Of a stretch of DNA of 64,000 nt, positions 61,501-64,000 are shown one piece after another (within the stretch, counting starts at the first letter, position 1; each line of letters starts with the position of its first letter). The DNA lies in the NCBI RefSeq assembly GCF_963921235.1, contig NC_086097.1, forward strand, positions 197,038,001 to 197,102,000. Reading direction: 5' to 3'. The position numbers and the translations under genes are program-made. Origin of the DNA: Mobula hypostoma (taxonomy: Eukaryota). A model generated the notes under the pieces. It worked only from the letters and a program-made list of their open reading frames with translations. It did no database searches and was not told where the DNA came from.

Positions 61501-62344
61501 GGGTATTTTACGGTTTTTGGATTTATTTTTAGATGGTTCCCTTATGTCTTTTGAACAATTATCTAATAAATATAACTTATCAAGAATACATTTTTTTAGA
61601 TATTTACAAGTTAGAAATTTCCTAAGTACTATACTTTCTTCCTTTCCAATGCTTCCTCCTATATATATTTTAGATTCGATAATTAACCTTAATCCATGTC
61701 AGAAAGGTGCATCGGCTATGATTTATAATATTATTATGAAACTTAGGAAAGCTCCATTTGATAAGATTAGGGTAGATTGGGAACAGGAATTGGGGCTTAC
61801 CATTTCTGTGGATGATTGGGGGCAGATTTTACAATTAGTTAATACTTCCTCTATTTGTGCTAAACATTCCCTAATTCAATTTAAAGTGGTTCATAGAGCA
61901 CATATGTCCAAAGATAAGTTAGCGCGTTTTTACTCGCATATTAATCCTTTCTGTGATAGATGTTCGGGGCAGATAGCCTCTTTAACTCATATGTTTTGGT
62001 CTTGCCCTACTTTGGAAACTTTTTGGAGAGATATTTTCAATATTATTTCTAAGGTATTAAATATAGATATCTCTCCTCACCCTATTACTGCTATCTTTGG
62101 ACTACCTAAAATTTCTAGTAATCTTTCCCCTTCAGCCCGTAGAATGATTGCATTTCTTACTTTAATGGCGAAAAGATGTATTTTACAACATTGGAAAGAG
62201 CTTAATGCTCCAACTACCTTTTTTTGGTTTTCTCAGACGATTTTATGTTTGAATCTGGAGAAAATTAGAAGTAACCTTTATGATTCTTCATTTAAATTTG
62301 AACAGATTTGGGGACCTTTTATTCGATATTTTCATTTAATGTAA
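58568..62344 (+). CDS. L1 ORF2p (APE endonuclease, RT, C-terminal Cys/His motif), 1258 aa
   Basis: SWNTNG, LQETH, YAPN, GGDLN, SRIDY, SDH; GKAPGPDG, DAEKAFD, GTRQGCPLSP, YADD; CDRC-x8-H-x4-C; no stops. Confidence 0.97.
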   Translation: MESIINFVSWNTNGLNHPIKRKKVFKVFRRLKAQILFLQETHVRRGDRLRFFKFWKGQQFHSNSNAKIRGVSIFIDSSVTFIQQDIISDPNGRFLLVSGLLFNKKVVLVNVYAPNMDCPEFYKSLFDQFPNLNEFSLIWGGDLNTCLSPALDRSAPLRTLPNKSANLINFFLSDSGSTDIWRFLHPQEKDFSFFSHVHHSYSRIDYFFIDSRLIPSVIKCDYDSITISDHAPLKLSIKIMANIPNNRQWRFNSLLLQDSDFVNFMNEQIELFFTINHTEDISVNTLWDTFKAYIRGQIISYSVALRKKQKQEEMAIVDKIKEIDKKYVMAPSEELYKQRTELQMEHSLLLSSSIVNQLKKTRSDFYVHSDKIGKLLANQLKSNYVKSQINQIYNQNDRLILDHVGINQTFCDFYSSLYQSESPRDSKYMNDFLDKLDFPQISQDMSSLLDTSITMDEIKNVIFSMNLGKAPGPDGFTVEFYKCFASLLIPWLYKVFEASLKLGKLPESFNRASISLILKKDKDPAQCASYRPISLLNVDSKVFSKLLANRLEKVLPSIISEDQTGFIKGRYSFYNIRTLLNIVYTPSQNVPECVISLDAEKAFDRVEWPYLFKVLEMFNFSLKFISWIKLLYHSPVASVRTNSLNSPFFPLFRGTRQGCPLSPLLFDIALEPLAIAIRESSNITGITRGLKSHKLSLYADDLLLYISNPERSIPAVLELLAQFGLFSGYKLNLSKSELFPINKHLPLYYKFSFKLINNYFSYLGIKITCKHKDLFKTNFLPLIDHITQLSSKWFPLYLTLIGRINAVKMFFLPKFLYVFQALPIFVPKSFFDKVDSKISSFIWQNKNPRLGKIHLQKAKRDGGLALPNFRFYYWAINIRHMKFWLLDRDILSIPKWVALELQSVQGYTLGSILGSSLPFDSKRLKQVSNPIVKYALRIWFQFRKFFDLNQFGLAIPILGNIFFPPSFTDRAFQTWKTKGILRFLDLFLDGSLMSFEQLSNKYNLSRIHFFRYLQVRNFLSTILSSFPMLPPIYILDSIINLNPCQKGASAMIYNIIMKLRKAPFDKIRVDWEQELGLTISVDDWGQILQLVNTSSICAKHSLIQFKVVHRAHMSKDKLARFYSHINPFCDRCSGQIASLTHMFWSCPTLETFWRDIFNIISKVLNIDISPHPITAIFGLPKISSNLSPSARRMIAFLTLMAKRCILQHWKELNAPTTFFWFSQTILCLNLEKIRSNLYDSSFKFEQIWGPFIRYFHLM

Positions 62345-63184
62345 TATTTACCCTTCTTGTTTTTTTTTCACTGTTTTAATGGAGGTCGGGATTGAGGACG
62401 TGATTTTAAGTTTAACTCTGTTTGGTTTCAAGTTAGCCCATTGCTTTGCTTTGCTTTTAGTTAGTTGCACGGTGGGTTTTTTTTGGGGGGTTTTTTTTTC
62501 TTTTTTTTTCCATTGATATATATAAAATCTAGTATACTATTATGTTATCTTGGTTTCTTATGCTTAAATTACATTGTTTGTAGTATTTTCTTTTTGGTAT
62601 TGTTATCTTTTGGAATTTTATTATACTTTAACATTGTATTAATGTTTATATGGCTTACCTTTTTTGTATACTTACTCAATAAAAAGATTTAAAAAGAAAG
62701 AAAGAAATTGCACCAATACTCCCCCAATGGCTCAGACAAATTCCTCATTATTCTTTTTATTTTGCATTGTGCACTTCCCTCTAGGTGTTTGATTTTTAAC
62801 AACTTTTTTCAGTATTCAGATTAAAAATATGCTTCAATGTGATTCCTGGCTGACACTAAGAGTGATGATTTCAGCTGAGTAAAGTCCCTTGGATATTTAA
62901 GGGAAAAGCCAACAGGCTTCCCACACTTGACCATTATCTAGCAAAAGTGAAATAGTGTCTGAAGATGTCTGTCAGCTGGATAATATCAACTCCAATAACC
63001 GTGTAACACCACCAACATTCCCTCGGATAGTTCACAATGTTAACAATAATTTTGTTAAAGTGAAACCAATATCCTAAGGACACCAGCAGAACAATAATTT
63101 TGCAGAGAAAGGTAAAGACGTGATTAGCTAAGATTAATTGATGGGAAATCACAATGAAGAAAACCAAGTTTGTTAATGAATTGT

Positions 63185-63460
63185 TCTAGTTGCTACCATC
63201 CGGGAAACAGTGCCACAGTATAAAAGCCAGGACCAACAGGCTCTGGGATAGCTTCTTCCACCAGTCCATCAGACTGATTAATTCATGCTGACACAATTGT
63301 ATTTCTATGTTATACTGACTGTCCTGTTGTACATACGATTTATTATAAATTACTATAAATTGCAAATTGCACATTTAGATGGAGATGTAACGTAGATGAA
63401 GACGATTTTTACTCCTCACATATATGAAAGATGTAAGTAATAAAGTCAATTCAATTCATT
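63185..63460 (+). mobile_element. Rex1/Babar-type 3' end
   Basis: LLPSGK...ARTNRL.DSFFHQSIRL coding remnant and AATAAAGTCAATTCAATTCA tail. Confidence 0.75.
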
Positions 63461-63779
63461 TCAAGACTTACTTTCATTTAATTAGCTTTAAGTAACTTTC
63501 CCTAATGAAAATAGCTAATTCAGGACACAATTGAGTGATGTGCTTACAAATGTGCTTCAAAATCAAGATGATCAAATGCCACCAACATTTCCTGCATAAC
63601 AATTTCTGTCTCACTTGCCTTCCACTTCAGTTGGCACAATGACCTTCCTGGTTATTTTAAAATATACTTTTGAGTGCTTAATTTCATGATGCTAGAAGCA
63701 TTTTCAACTAACAAAGAACTTAATGATACTTTAATGGAACATCCTTAAAACTACACACAGTAAATTCATATACAATTAC

Positions 63780-63880
63780 CTTTTAAATTTGACTTGACCC
63801 TTCAGGTACTGAAACAATATCAAATATTGCAAAAGGATATGTCGTCTGAAGTTGCTGTCATTCAGTTGTAGGTCCATCAG
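63780..63880 (-). CDS. THOC1: THOC1 exon (exon 12 equivalent); the gene continues beyond the window
   Basis: 101 bp; LMDLQLNDSNFRRHILLQYLILFQYLKGQVKFK. Confidence 0.97.
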
Positions 63881-64000
63881 CTAGTAGTAAAATAGGAAAA
63901 AGAATTACAGGTGAATTTTTGTGAACATATAAACATATGGGATTTTTGTTTTATTTCATTTTCAAAGCCCAGGAAATGAGTTTGGAAAAATAAGGATATT

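Larger units (their letters stand above)
56792..62704 (+). mobile_element. Full-length L1 (LINE-1), antisense in a THOC1 intron
   Basis: 10-bp TSD AAATTGCACC at 56782-56791 and 62705-62714; 5' GAGACTTCCGG; two open ORFs; AATAAA followed by A/GAAA tail. Confidence 0.97.

Noticed and set aside
91..63374. The many other 60-170 aa ORFs as novel genes
   Set aside because: They are antisense or off-frame readings of TEs, or chance ORFs with no splice or homology support

Overview
Vertebrate genomic DNA; the repeat content (CR1, HE1-like V-SINEs, Penelope pLTRs) suggests a cartilaginous fish, probably a ray (inference). The window holds the 3' ends of two convergent genes: the last two coding exons of USP14 (+, 15777-16381) and the last ten coding exons of THOC1 (-, 63880-38468), all with GT-AG sites and consistent phases. 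Most of the rest is transposable-element sequence: nested CR1 LINEs, Rex1/Babar and RTE fragments, tRNA-headed SINEs, two solo LTRs and hAT MITE remnants. Two things stand out. (1) Penelope-like element pLTR fragments carry a minimal type-I hammerhead ribozyme motif (consensus AGTC-CTGACGA-stemII-GAAACGTC/GACT). Two copies are TSD-flanked inverted pairs, one with an 80-bp perfect hairpin, and one core is linked to a decayed GIY-YIG ORF. The cores on host sense strands are broken. (2) A full-length, TSD-flanked L1 with two open ORFs (56792-62704) lies antisense in a THOC1 intron; its long inter-ORF spacer holds a strong splice acceptor and a Kozak-context small ORF just upstream of ORF2. Boundaries of decayed repeats are approximate and exon numbers follow human homology.
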